Origin: a bacterium
GTDB taxonomy: Bacteria; Bacteroidota; Ignavibacteria; UBA10030
DNA: 64,000 nucleotides
Assembly: GCA_043803945.1 (NCBI GenBank)
Contig: JAZDJN010000016.1
Location: 32,001-96,000 of the forward strand
Direction of reading: 5' to 3'
Below are positions 1 to 10,620 of the stretch, piece by piece. Position numbers and translations under genes: made by a program. How positions within the stretch are numbered: position 1 is the stretch's first letter; every line of letters starts with the position of its first letter. The notes beneath the pieces were generated by a model, which made no database searches, had not been told where the DNA came from, and saw only the letters and a list, made by a program, of their open reading frames with translations.

Positions 1-1033
1 TATCGGCTGGTGTGGTTTGTACCGTCGCTGCATCGGCAGCGATATAATGAGTATTGGCGATCCCAAGCCGCTGACAGGCATTTTTTACAAGATTGAGTCG
101 TGTTTCATAACGATCTACGGCAATAATTTCTCCAACATTTTTCATTAACTCGCCGATCATTGTTGTCTTACCGCCAGGGGCAGCGCACATATCGATCACA
201 CGGTCACCGGATTGTGGAGAGAGGAGCTGAACTGCCATACCGGCACTCTCATCCTGGACGATGAAAAAGCCCTGTTGAAACATTTCCGATCTGCCGATAC
301 CTGCCATATGCTTGACGCGCACGAAAAAATCGAGATACCGTGATTTTGAAAATTCGATCTGATGCTGATCGAGCTGATTGAGAAAATAGGTAAAATCAAT
401 TTTTGTCCGATTTACCCTCAACGTCAAATCGGGGATCTGATTATTCGCCTTGAGAAATTTTTCTGCATTCTCATATCCGAACCGGTTCACCCAGCGCTTC
501 ACCATCCAATAGGGGTGCGATTCGATGACAGCGAGCGTCTGGATATTATCCTGAGCAGGATCGGGATATCGTATATTATCGATATTGCGGATGATATTTC
601 TGAGAATGGCGTTTACCAGATCTGCCGCTTTTTGACTGCGTACTCGTTTGGTAAATTCCACCGCTTCATTCACTGCAGCAGATTGTGGAACCTTATCGAG
701 AAAGAGTATCTGATACAATGCAACACGAAGCACGTTTCGGATATTGGTTTCAGCCTTGGTAAAATTTCCATGGAAAAAGCCCGTGAGCACCCAATCGAGT
801 TTCATCTGCCAGCGAATGACACCGGTAACGATTTGATTCATAAGACCTTTATCGAGCTCGTTCATTTCAGTCCCACGGAGCTCAGCATCCACCAGTCTAT
901 CGAGATAGGAATCAGACCGTTCAATACGATTGAGAATCTTTACTGCAGTTCCACGCGGCCCCTTATACAGACTTTGTCGTTCCGGGACTTGCTGAGGTTC
1001 AGCCGGTTCCTGTTTGCCTTCGCCATTTTCCAT
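1..1033 (-). CDS. rsmB: 16S rRNA m5C967 methyltransferase RsmB/Sun (runs off the window edge)
   Basis: Not in the ORF track; translated by hand from ATG at 1033. NusB-like N-terminus (LRVALYQILFLDKVP..AAVNEAVE), SHPYWMV, VQDESA and SAM motif DMCAAPGGKT. Confidence 0.92.
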   Translation of the reverse strand, partial: MENGEGKQEPAEPQQVPERQSLYKGPRGTAVKILNRIERSDSYLDRLVDAELRGTEMNELDKGLMNQIVTGVIRWQMKLDWVLTGFFHGNFTKAETNIRNVLRVALYQILFLDKVPQSAAVNEAVEFTKRVRSQKAADLVNAILRNIIRNIDNIRYPDPAQDNIQTLAVIESHPYWMVKRWVNRFGYENAEKFLKANNQIPDLTLRVNRTKIDFTYFLNQLDQHQIEFSKSRYLDFFVRVKHMAGIGRSEMFQQGFFIVQDESAGMAVQLLSPQSGDRVIDMCAAPGGKTTMIGELMKNVGEIIAVDRYETRLNLVKNACQRLGIANTHYIAADAATVQTTPAD

Positions 1034-1131
1034 TATAGTATCCTCACTATCACCCTAAAGGTATAAAAACAAAATGCGGAACGTTGGGGACATTCCGCAT
1101 AGAGTGGGACACATCAAATTCTCCAGCGATG

Positions 1132-1362
1132 TTAGCTGGCTTGTTCAACTGCTGTTTTTTGCAGATGTTTTGCGTACTTCTTCTGGAAGCGTTCGATCCG
1201 ACCTGCTGAGTCAAGCAATTTCTGCTTTCCGGTGAAGAACGGGTGGCAGCTTGAACAAATTTCAACATTCAGATTTCCTGTCGTAGAACGGGTTTCGAAT
1301 GTATTGCCACAGACACATTTTATTACAGTTTTCTTATAAGCTGGATGAATATCAGGTTTCAT
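1132..1362 (-). CDS. rpmE: 50S ribosomal protein L31 (Zn-binding type)
   Basis: MKPDIHPAY...CVCG...[22 protein letters not shown]. Confidence 0.97.
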   Translation of the reverse strand: MKPDIHPAYKKTVIKCVCGNTFETRSTTGNLNVEICSSCHPFFTGKQKLLDSAGRIERFQKKYAKHLQKTAVEQAS

Positions 1363-1399
1363 TATACACTCCACTAATCACGTTTCATTTCACGACGTA

Positions 1400-1428
1400 A
1401 ATATAGTCAAAAATGCACAGATCCGCAA
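1400..1428 (-). promoter_or_regulatory. Putative sigma70 promoter for rpmE
   Basis: TTGCGG-N17-TATATT on the minus strand, ~40 bp upstream of the ATG. Confidence 0.55.
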
Positions 1429-1527
1429 TGGAATTTTACAAATTTTCTATAATCGGCTCCAACATCTGTACATCATTACAAAAGCGTTGATCAACGATCT
1501 ATCGAATTGTAGAACCAGGTTCCCGTC

Positions 1528-2247
1528 TTAGACAATCCCCTTTGATTTCCATCTCTCTAAAATCAACCGTGCCAATTCAAGGTCCTCGTGCGTTGTAATT
1601 TTTATATTATCATAGGACCCTTCCACAATCCTCGCTTTAATTCCGATGTGTTCGAGGAGTGCAGCATCATCAGTTGAGTAAAAGCAATCTTTCTTGGCTT
1701 GTTCATAAGCCTTCATCAATACTCCTGCCTTGAACGCCTGAGGTGTTTGAACGAGCCAGATCGCATTTCTGTCAAGCGTCTGATCAAAGAAATCCCCGCC
1801 GGCAGATCGTCGGATGGTATCTTTCGGTTGGACGGCAAGGACGGCAGCATCGTACTCCCTGCACGATTTAACAAGCTGGGCAATCCGTTTCGATTCGACA
1901 AAAGGGCGGACACCATCATGAACAAGGACGATATCGGAGGATTTCAGTGACAACTTCTTCAGGACATTATAAACAGAATCCTGCCTCCGTTCACCACCAA
2001 TGGTCACCTTGCTAACCTTATGGAGACGGTAATGCGAAGTCATCGATTCCATTTCCGCGATCGATTGTTCAGGTACAGCGACTGCGATCTCATCGATCTC
2101 AGTACAATGCTCAAATCGTTGCAGAGTATGAATGAGAATTGGTTTTTCCCGCAACAGAAGAAACTGCTTCTTGATTGTCCCTCCGATTCTTTTACCAGAT
2201 CCAGCTGCAGGGACAATGACAATCACTTTTGGACGAATGCGTGGCAT
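1528..2247 (-). CDS. ispD: 2-C-methyl-D-erythritol 4-phosphate cytidylyltransferase
   Basis: PAAGSGKRIG..KQF, GGERRQDSV, LVHDGVRP, VQTPQAF, TDDA, NIKITT. Confidence 0.96.
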   Translation of the reverse strand: MPRIRPKVIVIVPAAGSGKRIGGTIKKQFLLLREKPILIHTLQRFEHCTEIDEIAVAVPEQSIAEMESMTSHYRLHKVSKVTIGGERRQDSVYNVLKKLSLKSSDIVLVHDGVRPFVESKRIAQLVKSCREYDAAVLAVQPKDTIRRSAGGDFFDQTLDRNAIWLVQTPQAFKAGVLMKAYEQAKKDCFYSTDDAALLEHIGIKARIVEGSYDNIKITTHEDLELARLILERWKSKGIV

Positions 2248-2383
2248 GACTTGTTCACCAGATCTTTCTTCTCAAGCAGAGGAAGAGAACCGCCAACTCC
2301 AATCCAATCTGGACGGGAGTTGGATCAGCCTCCGGTACAATGACACTTGATCATTCAAGGCTTTACCAATCAGGGTCCAGCGA

Positions 2384-3421
2384 TTACAAAATAATCATTC
2401 CATCGCCGTAGCTATAAAAACGGTACTCCTCTTTAATCCCCTTTTTGTACGCCCGCATCATATAGTCATGACCAGCGAATGCACTCACAAGCATCATGAG
2501 GGTAGATTCCGGCAAATGGAAATTCGTAATCAATTTGTCCGTAATTTTAAAATCGTATGGTGGGAAAATGAATTTATCCGTCCACCCCTTCGATGGTTTG
2601 AGATGGCGGTCCGAGGTCACGCTTGATTCCAGTGCACGACAGGTGCTGGTACCGACAACAAACACCTGATGTTTGGAATCAATCGTCTTGTTGATGAGCT
2701 GGGCTGTATCGTCGGTAATTTCATAGTACTCGGAATCCATCTTATGCTTCGTGAGATCTTCTACTTCAACCGCACGGAACGATCCAAGCCCCACATGGAG
2801 AAGAACCGGGACGATCTTCACTCCTTTCGCCTGAATCTTTTTCAATAACTGTTTTGTGAAATGGAGCCCTGCTGTCGGTGCTGCGACAGCACCCAGTACG
2901 CGCGCATACACCGTCTGATACGATTCTTTATCTTTTTCAACGGCATCCCGTTTGATATAGTACGGCAGCGGGGTCATCCCGATGCGTTCGATAATCTTGA
3001 AAAAATCCCCCTTATGATTAAAGCGCACCGTGCGTCCCCTAGAGGTCGTATTGTCGATGACCTCGCACCAGAGTTTGCCATCATCGAAGAAGATTTTATT
3101 GCCGATTCGCACTTTCCGCGCTGGATCGACGATGACATCCCAAATATTTTCCTCTGCATTAAGCTCACGGAGAAGAAAGACTTCAATCTTCGCATTGGTC
3201 TTTTCCTTCTTCCCAAAGAGTCGTGCCTGAAAAACCTTCGTCTCATTCACAACAAGGCAATCGCCTTTATTCATGAAATCGACGATATCGAAAAACTTCA
3301 TATCCTCGATCGTTTCATCGCTCCGGTTCAGTACCATGAGCTGGGAATGATCTCTCGGTTTTGCAGGAAATTTTGCAATGAGATTTCTTGGCAGTGGATA
3401 TTTGAAATCTGAAAGCTTCAT
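2384..3421 (-). CDS. queA: tRNA preQ1(34) S-adenosylmethionine ribosyltransferase-isomerase
   Basis: YQTVYA..GAVAAPTAGLHFT, LHVGLGSF, TNFHLPESTL, YRFYSYGD. Confidence 0.97.
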   Translation of the reverse strand: MKLSDFKYPLPRNLIAKFPAKPRDHSQLMVLNRSDETIEDMKFFDIVDFMNKGDCLVVNETKVFQARLFGKKEKTNAKIEVFLLRELNAEENIWDVIVDPARKVRIGNKIFFDDGKLWCEVIDNTTSRGRTVRFNHKGDFFKIIERIGMTPLPYYIKRDAVEKDKESYQTVYARVLGAVAAPTAGLHFTKQLLKKIQAKGVKIVPVLLHVGLGSFRAVEVEDLTKHKMDSEYYEITDDTAQLINKTIDSKHQVFVVGTSTCRALESSVTSDRHLKPSKGWTDKFIFPPYDFKITDKLITNFHLPESTLMMLVSAFAGHDYMMRAYKKGIKEEYRFYSYGDGMIIL

Positions 3422-3569
3422 TGCTTGTTACCCCCACATAAGTATGTGATGTGCATCGATTGTCCTCGTGAAAATATCTCTGAGCAGGGTTCCATCAAAG
3501 CCTGGCTGAGCGGTGCTCCTGCACAGGCTCTAACGAAATCGATACCTCCGCGCTGACGACGAATTAATG

Positions 3570-6368
3570 TTAACGTTTACGGCCGCCTTTTTTCTTGGCA
3601 ACCTTCTTCGCTTTCTTTACAACGCGCTTGGCTCTTCCCGCCACTGCCGGTGAATCGTTGAGCAGTGCTGCGCGTGCTGCTGCAACCCGTGCAATCGGCA
3701 CACGGAATGGAGAACAACTTACATAGTTCAAACCGATGATATGACAGAACTCGATGCTCGATGGCTCACCGCCATGCTCTCCACAGATTCCGAGCTTAAT
3801 ATTAGGTTTGGTGCTCCGTCCTTTCTCGACGGCCATCTTCATTAATGCACCAACGCCAATCCTGTCGAGCACCTCGAATGGATCCTTGGCATAAATATCC
3901 TTTTCCACGTATGGGATAAGGAAGCGTCCCGCATCATCGCGGCTGACGCCAAGCGTTGTTTGGGTCAGGTCGTTGGTTCCAAAGCTGAAGAATTCGGCAA
4001 CGCTGGCAATCGCGTCTGCAGTAATTGCTCCACGGGGAATCTCAATCATCGTTCCGACGAGATAGGGGAACTTGACATTGTATTCCTTCATGACCGCTTC
4101 TGCATTCTGCCGGACAATTGCCGCCTGGTGTTCGAGCTCTTTCACATTGCCGACCAGGGGAATCATCACTTCAGGTTCAACAGGGATGCCCCGTTTTTTC
4201 ACTTCTGCAGCTGCTTCAAAAATTGCACGGGATTGCATTTCGGTAATTTCAGGAAAGATGATTCCAAGACGGCATCCGCGGAATCCGAGCATTGGGTTAA
4301 ACTCGTGCAACGATTCAACTCTCTGCTTCACCGTTTCATACGAAATCCCCATCTGCCGTGCAAGCTCGCGCTGCGCCGGTTCTTCGTGCGGAACGAATTC
4401 GTGCAATGGCGGATCGATCGTGCGGACAGTCACCGGTCGGCCGTTCATCACTTCAAAGATACCCTCAAAATCTTTACGCTGCAGCGGCAACAGTTTCGCA
4501 AGTGCTGCCTTACGCTGTTCGAGTGAATCGGCAAGAATCATTTCACGCATCGGACCAATTTTACCTTCACCGAAGAACATATGTTCCGTTCGGCAGAGTC
4601 CAATACCCTCGGCACCAAATGCAACGGCGTTCGCCGATTGATCGGGTTGATCGGCATTCGTGCGAATCTTCAGCCTTCGATACTTATCAGCCCACTTCAT
4701 AACTTTTGCAAAGGTTTGATAGACTGGGGCAGATTTCGGATCGAGCGATTTGTCGATCAAGACTTGCAATACCTCCGAAGGTTTGGTATTGATCTTTCCC
4801 TGAATCACCTGACCGGTTGTGCCGTCGATTGAAATCCAGTCACCCTCTTTCAGCGCTTTGTCAGCAACTTTCATCGTTCGGGTTGAATAATCGATCTCCA
4901 ATGTGCTGCAACCCGCAACGCAAACCCGGCCCATCTGCCGAGCAACGAGTGCCGCATGCGATGTCATTCCACCGCGGGCGGTTAGAATTCCCTCAGCGGC
5001 ATCCATTCCTTTAATATCCTCGGGAGATGTTTCGATTCGGGTCAGGATCACTTTCTCTCCCTTCTTCGTCCACACTTCGGCATCCTGAGCGTTGAAGACA
5101 ATCCGTCCTGTTGCCGCACCCGGTCCGGCATTCAATCCTTTTGCCAGCAAGCGACCGTTTATAATCGCCTCATCTTTCTCCTTCACATCAAAGATAGGCC
5201 GGAGGAGTTGATTGAGTTGATCGGGTTCGATACGTAGCAATCCTTCGCGATCGGAGATGAGTTTTTCATCGACCATATCGACTGCGATACGGATTGCTGC
5301 AAATGCCGTCCGCTTGCCGACACGGCACTGGAGCATGTAAAGCTTTCCCTGCTGAATCGTGAACTCGATGTCCATCATATCACGATAATGCTTCTCAAGG
5401 GTCTTTCGGATTTTCTCGAGCTGTCCGTACATCTTCGGATCCTGAGCAGCCAGTTGTGAGATTGGCAGCGGTGTACGGGTACCAGCAACCACATCTTCAC
5501 CCTGAGCATTCATTAAGAACTCGCCGTAGAAAACATTTTCACCTGAAGCGGCATCGCGGGTGAAGGCAACACCGGTTCCGGAATCTTCACCCATATTGCC
5601 AAAGACCATGGACTGAATATTCACCGCAGTACCCCATGATGCCGGGATGTCGTACATCTTGCGGTAAGCAATAGCCCGTTCATTCATCCAGGAATTGAAT
5701 ACTGCACCGACGGCACCCCAGAGCTGCTCCATGGGATCCTCGGGGAATTCCATCCCTCTCTTTTCCTTGATGGCCGCCTTGAACCTAACGACAAGATCCT
5801 TCAGGTCGTCGGCAGTGAGGTCGGTATCCTGATGGATGTTCCGTTCCTTCTTTTTCTCTCCGATGATCGCTTCGAATGGATCGATCTCATCCTTATGCAC
5901 CGGTTTTAAGCCAAGGACGACATCGCCATACATCTGCACAAACCGCCTGTACGAATCATAGACGAACCGTGCATTACCTGTTTTTTTGATCAATGCTTCA
6001 ACCGTCTTCTCATTCAAACCGAGGTTGAGAATGGTATCCATCATACCGGGCATTGAAGCGCGGGCTCCGGAACGGACCGACACGAGTAATGGATTTTTCA
6101 AATCACCCAGCTTGGCACCCATCGCTTTTTCAACTTTTACAAGTGCGACTTCAACCTCTTTCTTTAAGGTCTTTGGATAGGATGTGCCATGTTGGTAGTA
6201 ATAGCTACAGACCTCTGTAGACACTGTGAATCCCGGAGGGACCGGAAGGCCGATGTTGGTCATCTCTGCCAGGTTTGCACCTTTTCCACCGAGAAGATTT
6301 TTCATCTCCGCGGTTCCCTCGGCTTTTCCGCTGCCGAAGAAGTAAACGTATTTTGTTGTTTTTGCCAT
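3570..6368 (-). CDS. ppdK: Pyruvate, phosphate dikinase
   Basis: [28 protein letters not shown], phospho-His motif [29 protein letters not shown]; start taken at MAKTTK. Confidence 0.97.
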   Translation of the reverse strand: MAKTTKYVYFFGSGKAEGTAEMKNLLGGKGANLAEMTNIGLPVPPGFTVSTEVCSYYYQHGTSYPKTLKKEVEVALVKVEKAMGAKLGDLKNPLLVSVRSGARASMPGMMDTILNLGLNEKTVEALIKKTGNARFVYDSYRRFVQMYGDVVLGLKPVHKDEIDPFEAIIGEKKKERNIHQDTDLTADDLKDLVVRFKAAIKEKRGMEFPEDPMEQLWGAVGAVFNSWMNERAIAYRKMYDIPASWGTAVNIQSMVFGNMGEDSGTGVAFTRDAASGENVFYGEFLMNAQGEDVVAGTRTPLPISQLAAQDPKMYGQLEKIRKTLEKHYRDMMDIEFTIQQGKLYMLQCRVGKRTAFAAIRIAVDMVDEKLISDREGLLRIEPDQLNQLLRPIFDVKEKDEAIINGRLLAKGLNAGPGAATGRIVFNAQDAEVWTKKGEKVILTRIETSPEDIKGMDAAEGILTARGGMTSHAALVARQMGRVCVAGCSTLEIDYSTRTMKVADKALKEGDWISIDGTTGQVIQGKINTKPSEVLQVLIDKSLDPKSAPVYQTFAKVMKWADKYRRLKIRTNADQPDQSANAVAFGAEGIGLCRTEHMFFGEGKIGPMREMILADSLEQRKAALAKLLPLQRKDFEGIFEVMNGRPVTVRTIDPPLHEFVPHEEPAQRELARQMGISYETVKQRVESLHEFNPMLGFRGCRLGIIFPEITEMQSRAIFEAAAEVKKRGIPVEPEVMIPLVGNVKELEHQAAIVRQNAEAVMKEYNVKFPYLVGTMIEIPRGAITADAIASVAEFFSFGTNDLTQTTLGVSRDDAGRFLIPYVEKDIYAKDPFEVLDRIGVGALMKMAVEKGRSTKPNIKLGICGEHGGEPSSIEFCHIIGLNYVSCSPFRVPIARVAAARAALLNDSPAVAGRAKRVVKKAKKVAKKKGGRKR

Positions 6369-6405
6369 TCTTAATTTACCTTCTTTCTTAACTATTGTTA
6401 CGCGG

Positions 6406-7113
6406 TTACTGATGGTTTTTTTCAATACCAGAGTTTTCGATTTCCGAATAAAATCTCTTCATAAGATCTTTAGACGCAGGATTGTCAAAATCTTCCATCC
6501 GTTCCGGATGCCATTGCACAAGCAGAAGAAACGATTGATTGCTGCTGTTATGCCGCTCTGCAGCCTCACATACTCTGTCGGCAGACCAGCAAACCGCCAG
6601 CAGCCCTGGAGCAAGAGCTTTTACTGCTTGATGATGATACGAATTCACATCGAGTTCAATTCTGCCGACGATGGAATACAGCACAGAGTTGGTCAAAACC
6701 CGAACCGGATGCCTGTTTTCCCTCCCATCGATTTTTGAATGATTTCTATATCCATTCGATTGAAGATCTGCAATCAAGCTTCCACCCAGGGCGACATTTA
6801 TTATCTGCATTCCGCGACAGATTCCCAGGAGCGGTATCTTTTTATCCAAGGCCTTCCTTATCACCGCAAGCTCATGCTCATCTCTCGCCACATCGATTCG
6901 TTTTGCTTTGGCGATTTCCGATTCAGCCTGATAGAACTTTGGATGCACATCGCCACCGCCGGTTAATACAATTCCATCGAGGGTACTGAAATCCAGCGAT
7001 GCACCCTGAGTCCAATAAAGTCTCTGAATTTCAATACGGGGATCACACCGATGAATCCATTGTTCATAGAGTACACTATCTTTATTCCCGGGATCCGTAA
7101 TTCCGATTCTCAT
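6406..7113 (-). CDS. Gamma-glutamyl-GABA hydrolase-like glutamine amidotransferase (peptidase C26)
   Basis: [32 protein letters not shown] (Cys-His-Glu triad). Confidence 0.88.
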   Translation of the reverse strand: MRIGITDPGNKDSVLYEQWIHRCDPRIEIQRLYWTQGASLDFSTLDGIVLTGGGDVHPKFYQAESEIAKAKRIDVARDEHELAVIRKALDKKIPLLGICRGMQIINVALGGSLIADLQSNGYRNHSKIDGRENRHPVRVLTNSVLYSIVGRIELDVNSYHHQAVKALAPGLLAVCWSADRVCEAAERHNSSNQSFLLLVQWHPERMEDFDNPASKDLMKRFYSEIENSGIEKNHQ

Positions 7114-8162
7114 AGATCCTTCTTCACCACTTGTGGTAAGGAGCGATCCAATAGATCTTCTCCAGAAACAACCGCGAGAGCAATTTCGACCCAAAAGACC
7201 GGTTGTGATGCAAGGAAGTTTTTGCCAATTTCTCCAAGGGCACGAATTCTCATTAAATCCTTCTCCGTTGTAAAGATGTAGTCACTCGCAGTCGTTGCTG
7301 CGAGAGCAGTCACCCGTGCAAGATCGGAATCGGTATATGGATGATGATCAGAAAAAGCTTCATGATGTTTGATTTCGACCCCCATCGCACGAATTGTCTG
7401 CTCAAACGATTGAGGTGCTCCAATTCCTGATAAGAGAAAGCCTTTTTTCGTTTTCAGATTTTGCACATTAATACTGAATCCTGTCGATGCCCGATGAACG
7501 GCCACAATTCTGGTTTCAATCCCGATAATCGGTTTTTGAACCTTTTGCAAAAGACGCTCCTTCAACTGATTAAAATGATCAAGATCCCGGAATCGATTGA
7601 CTGCAATGAGTGAAGCCCGATTCAGAGATGACCAAGTGTCACGCCTGTTACCGGCCGGGAGCAGGGGTTCATGTTGCTCAAGTTCGGATGCAGTGAGAAT
7701 GACGATATCGAGATTGCGGCAAATATACCGGTGTTGAAATCCGTCATCCAGGACGATAACATTTGCTCCATATTGATCTATTGCTACATTTGCACCACGG
7801 ACACGCTGCTCATCAACGATCACAATCACATCGCTCAACTTTTCCGCCATTTGAAGGGGCTCGTCGCCCGCTTCTGATGCTGTGGCCAGGATATCCTTTC
7901 CGTTACTCACCGTAAGTGTTCCGTTCGTTTTGCGCCCATAGCCACGACTGACTACCGCAACTTTAAATCCCCGCAACTGAAGGTTGTTGACGATGAACTC
8001 CACTAAGGGTGTTTTCCCAACTCCGCCGGCGAGCAGGTTGCCGATAGAAACAACTGGCACGGAAAGTTTACTGCTTTGCAGCAATCCTATGTCAAAGAAC
8101 AAGTTCCGGAGCGCTACTCCAACTCCATACAACGAGGAAAGTGGAAGAAGAAGTTTGCGCAC
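7110..8162 (-). CDS. lpxK: Tetraacyldisaccharide 4'-kinase
   Basis: SIGNLLAGGVGKTP, SRGYG, GDEP, LDDGFQH, LLPAGNRR, FSDHH, TTEKD. Confidence 0.95.
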   Translation of the reverse strand: MRKLLLPLSSLYGVGVALRNLFFDIGLLQSSKLSVPVVSIGNLLAGGVGKTPLVEFIVNNLQLRGFKVAVVSRGYGRKTNGTLTVSNGKDILATASEAGDEPLQMAEKLSDVIVIVDEQRVRGANVAIDQYGANVIVLDDGFQHRYICRNLDIVILTASELEQHEPLLPAGNRRDTWSSLNRASLIAVNRFRDLDHFNQLKERLLQKVQKPIIGIETRIVAVHRASTGFSINVQNLKTKKGFLLSGIGAPQSFEQTIRAMGVEIKHHEAFSDHHPYTDSDLARVTALAATTASDYIFTTEKDLMRIRALGEIGKNFLASQPVFWVEIALAVVSGEDLLDRSLPQVVKKDL

Positions 8163-8171
8163 GTTGATGGC

Positions 8172-9293
8172 CTACGTTAGTGTACTGATATGCTCCGCAA
8201 CCCGACGCGAAGCACCCTGTTCTCCCAATTTGTTTCTCAATTGAGAGAGATTCTCTTTCATTGTCTTCAGCCCCTGTTCATCATTCATCAATCGAAGCGC
8301 CTCGCGGGCTAGACGGTTTGCAGTGGCTTTCTCCTGAATGAACTCAGGCACAATTTCTTTTCCGGCGACGATATTCACCAAACCAATATTCCGGACATTG
8401 ATCAGTATTCTCCCGATCAGATAGGTGAGCCAGGAGGTCTTGTAAACGACAACCATGGGCGTCCCAAAAAGTGCTGTCTCCAATGTAGCCGTTCCTGAAG
8501 TAACAAAAGCAAATTCAGAATATCGCATCACCTCATAGGTTGCGCCTTTGACGAGGTGAATTCCTTCCACATTATGGAATGTTGTAAAATACTTCTCATC
8601 AAGTGTTGGTGCAACCGCGACCACGACTTGCATGTCTCGCTGTGCAGAGATCGTCCGGGCAGCCTTGAGCATTTCTGGAAATATTCGTTCAATCTCTTGC
8701 GGCCTGCTGCCGGGCAGCAATCCCAGAATCGGTTTCCGGGGATCCAGTCCAAAGTGTTTAACAAATCCGCTGCGCTCCAGTTGCACTTGCATCACTTCCA
8801 GAAGCGGGTGACCAACAAATTCCGCCCTGATCCCCTCACGAAGATAAAGATCAACCTCAAAAGGAAAGATCACCAGCATTGAATCGATGATTCCGCGCAT
8901 CTTCTTTATACGAGACCGATGCCACGCCCACACTTGCGGACTTATGTAATAAATTACACGAGTCTGAACCTTTTTCGCAATCTTCGCGAAACGAAGATTG
9001 AATCCGGGATAGTCTATCAGCACCACAGCGTCCGGTTTTCTGAACTTGAGCAATGAGGTAAGCGTTCGTTGGACAGAACGAAGTACCGGCAGATGTTTCA
9101 GTACTTCTACAAAGCCCATCACGTTGAGTTCGTTGACATGATAGACAAGTTCCATTCCCTCCCTCTTCATCCGGTCTCCCCCGATACCAAAAATCTCGAT
9201 CCCTGGATTCAGTCGTTTCAACTCCCGGACGACTCCAGCACCATGGAGATCGCCAGAAGCTTCTCCCGCTATGATCATCACCCGATTGACCAC
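8172..9293 (-). CDS. lpxB: Lipid-A-disaccharide synthase
   Basis: AGEASGDLHG, IDYPGFN, YYISPQVWAW, FVGHPL, LLPGSR, SGTATLE. Confidence 0.97.
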   Translation of the reverse strand: MVNRVMIIAGEASGDLHGAGVVRELKRLNPGIEIFGIGGDRMKREGMELVYHVNELNVMGFVEVLKHLPVLRSVQRTLTSLLKFRKPDAVVLIDYPGFNLRFAKIAKKVQTRVIYYISPQVWAWHRSRIKKMRGIIDSMLVIFPFEVDLYLREGIRAEFVGHPLLEVMQVQLERSGFVKHFGLDPRKPILGLLPGSRPQEIERIFPEMLKAARTISAQRDMQVVVAVAPTLDEKYFTTFHNVEGIHLVKGATYEVMRYSEFAFVTSGTATLETALFGTPMVVVYKTSWLTYLIGRILINVRNIGLVNIVAGKEIVPEFIQEKATANRLAREALRLMNDEQGLKTMKENLSQLRNKLGEQGASRRVAEHISTLT

Positions 9294-9296
9294 GGT

Positions 9297-9881
9297 TTAC
9301 CCTTTTGCATACCAAAGAACAATAAGCATGACAATCACAATTCCGAGTGCCTGAAGAGTACGCCGCTCTGAATGAAACGCCTCTATCCAGTTTGCATGTT
9401 GCCGCTCCTGCGATGAGTGGCGATACGCAGTAAGACGAGGGAAAAATCGCGGCACCTGTTTCTTGTATTCGCTGTACCCTTCGCCAAATTCCTTTTCCAG
9501 AAACGCCTCTTCCAATTGTACAATCATAACATACTGAAACGAAAAATAAACAAACGATCCGATGACGAGCCACGGTACGATTGCGTTTGCCATTATTCCT
9601 ACACCAACGTACATGAAAATATTACCGCTATAGAGTGGATTGCGCATATGGGCATACGGACCGGAAACAATCACTTCCGGTGCCCCGACGCTCGCCGTTA
9701 CACGCGTCAGGCTTCCGGCGTACGAGACACCCCACGATCGAAGAAACTCACCAAAGAGAACCAGTATAAGTCCAGCAACCATCGTGACGATTGTAGGATG
9801 CGCAAACACCAACATGATAATTATGAATGGAATTGGTGTATAGCTCCGGAATTGAAACAGCAGTTCTCTCAACTTCTTCAT
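9297..9881 (-). CDS. Isoprenylcysteine carboxyl methyltransferase (ICMT/PEMT) family membrane protein
   Basis: Hydrophobic helices with GPYAHMRNPLYSG, EEAFLEKEFG..Y..Y...VPRFFP. Confidence 0.85.
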   Translation of the reverse strand: MKKLRELLFQFRSYTPIPFIIIMLVFAHPTIVTMVAGLILVLFGEFLRSWGVSYAGSLTRVTASVGAPEVIVSGPYAHMRNPLYSGNIFMYVGVGIMANAIVPWLVIGSFVYFSFQYVMIVQLEEAFLEKEFGEGYSEYKKQVPRFFPRLTAYRHSSQERQHANWIEAFHSERRTLQALGIVIVMLIVLWYAKG

Positions 9882-9884
9882 CAG

Positions 9885-10601
9885 TCATCCTTGCATAAAA
9901 ACCTGACGCCTGGCCATCTCTGCCTCGCGCCGCTTCTTGAGTCGTTTCCGCTGCAGAATGAGTTCCAGACGCCGATGCACATCCCCAAAGTGTGTAAAGT
10001 CATGGTACGTGATATTACACTCCTGACAATACTTGATGAGCTGTCGTTTGGCGAACACGACATCGGCATATTGTGCCGGACAGCGATCCGAGATTCCATC
10101 TCCGATATAGATAATGATATCCTCATCTCCCGATAATGTCAGGAGATGATTTCGCTTACAATTCCCACAATCCGGGCATTCTGCATCTTCATACGGAAAC
10201 TCTGGTACGATTTTCGTGACCCCTTCACGTGTGACAAACGTCAGGTGATTTGAAAAGAACTGAAGATGTCCAAGTCCAAAGTTGTTGAGGATTCGTTCGA
10301 TATAGAAATCGAGCCCATCGCTCACAATGGTCAACGGAATTTCTTTCAAAGAACAAAACTCAACAAACTGTTTAAAATATGGATCGATCTCGCATGGTGC
10401 TACAAATGCTTCCAGCATTTCCGGCGTCAAATGCGGAACAGCTTCGCATTCCTCCTTAAGGCACTGTCGGGCTGTTTTGGTGCCCGCCAGATAGCCTTCA
10501 ACAATCTCTACGGCATTCGGGCCAACGAAGTTCTGGAAGAGGCGATTCCCCACATCATCACGGGCAACCGTACCATCAAAATCACAATACACTCGTATCA
10601 T
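9885..10601 (-). CDS. MtnX-like HAD-IB phosphatase
   Basis: CDFDGT, IVSDG, CPDCGNCK, YIGDGISD. Confidence 0.85.
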   Translation of the reverse strand: MIRVYCDFDGTVARDDVGNRLFQNFVGPNAVEIVEGYLAGTKTARQCLKEECEAVPHLTPEMLEAFVAPCEIDPYFKQFVEFCSLKEIPLTIVSDGLDFYIERILNNFGLGHLQFFSNHLTFVTREGVTKIVPEFPYEDAECPDCGNCKRNHLLTLSGDEDIIIYIGDGISDRCPAQYADVVFAKRQLIKYCQECNITYHDFTHFGDVHRRLELILQRKRLKKRREAEMARRQVFMQG

Positions 10602-10620
10602 CGATTCACAATACCTTCAT

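Noticed and set aside
362-1066. 234-aa plus-strand ORF
   Set aside because: Antisense shadow of rsmB, which is well supported on the minus strand.
3422-3569. Possible preQ1 riboswitch upstream of queA
   Set aside because: No preQ1-I stem plus A-rich tail signature found by eye.
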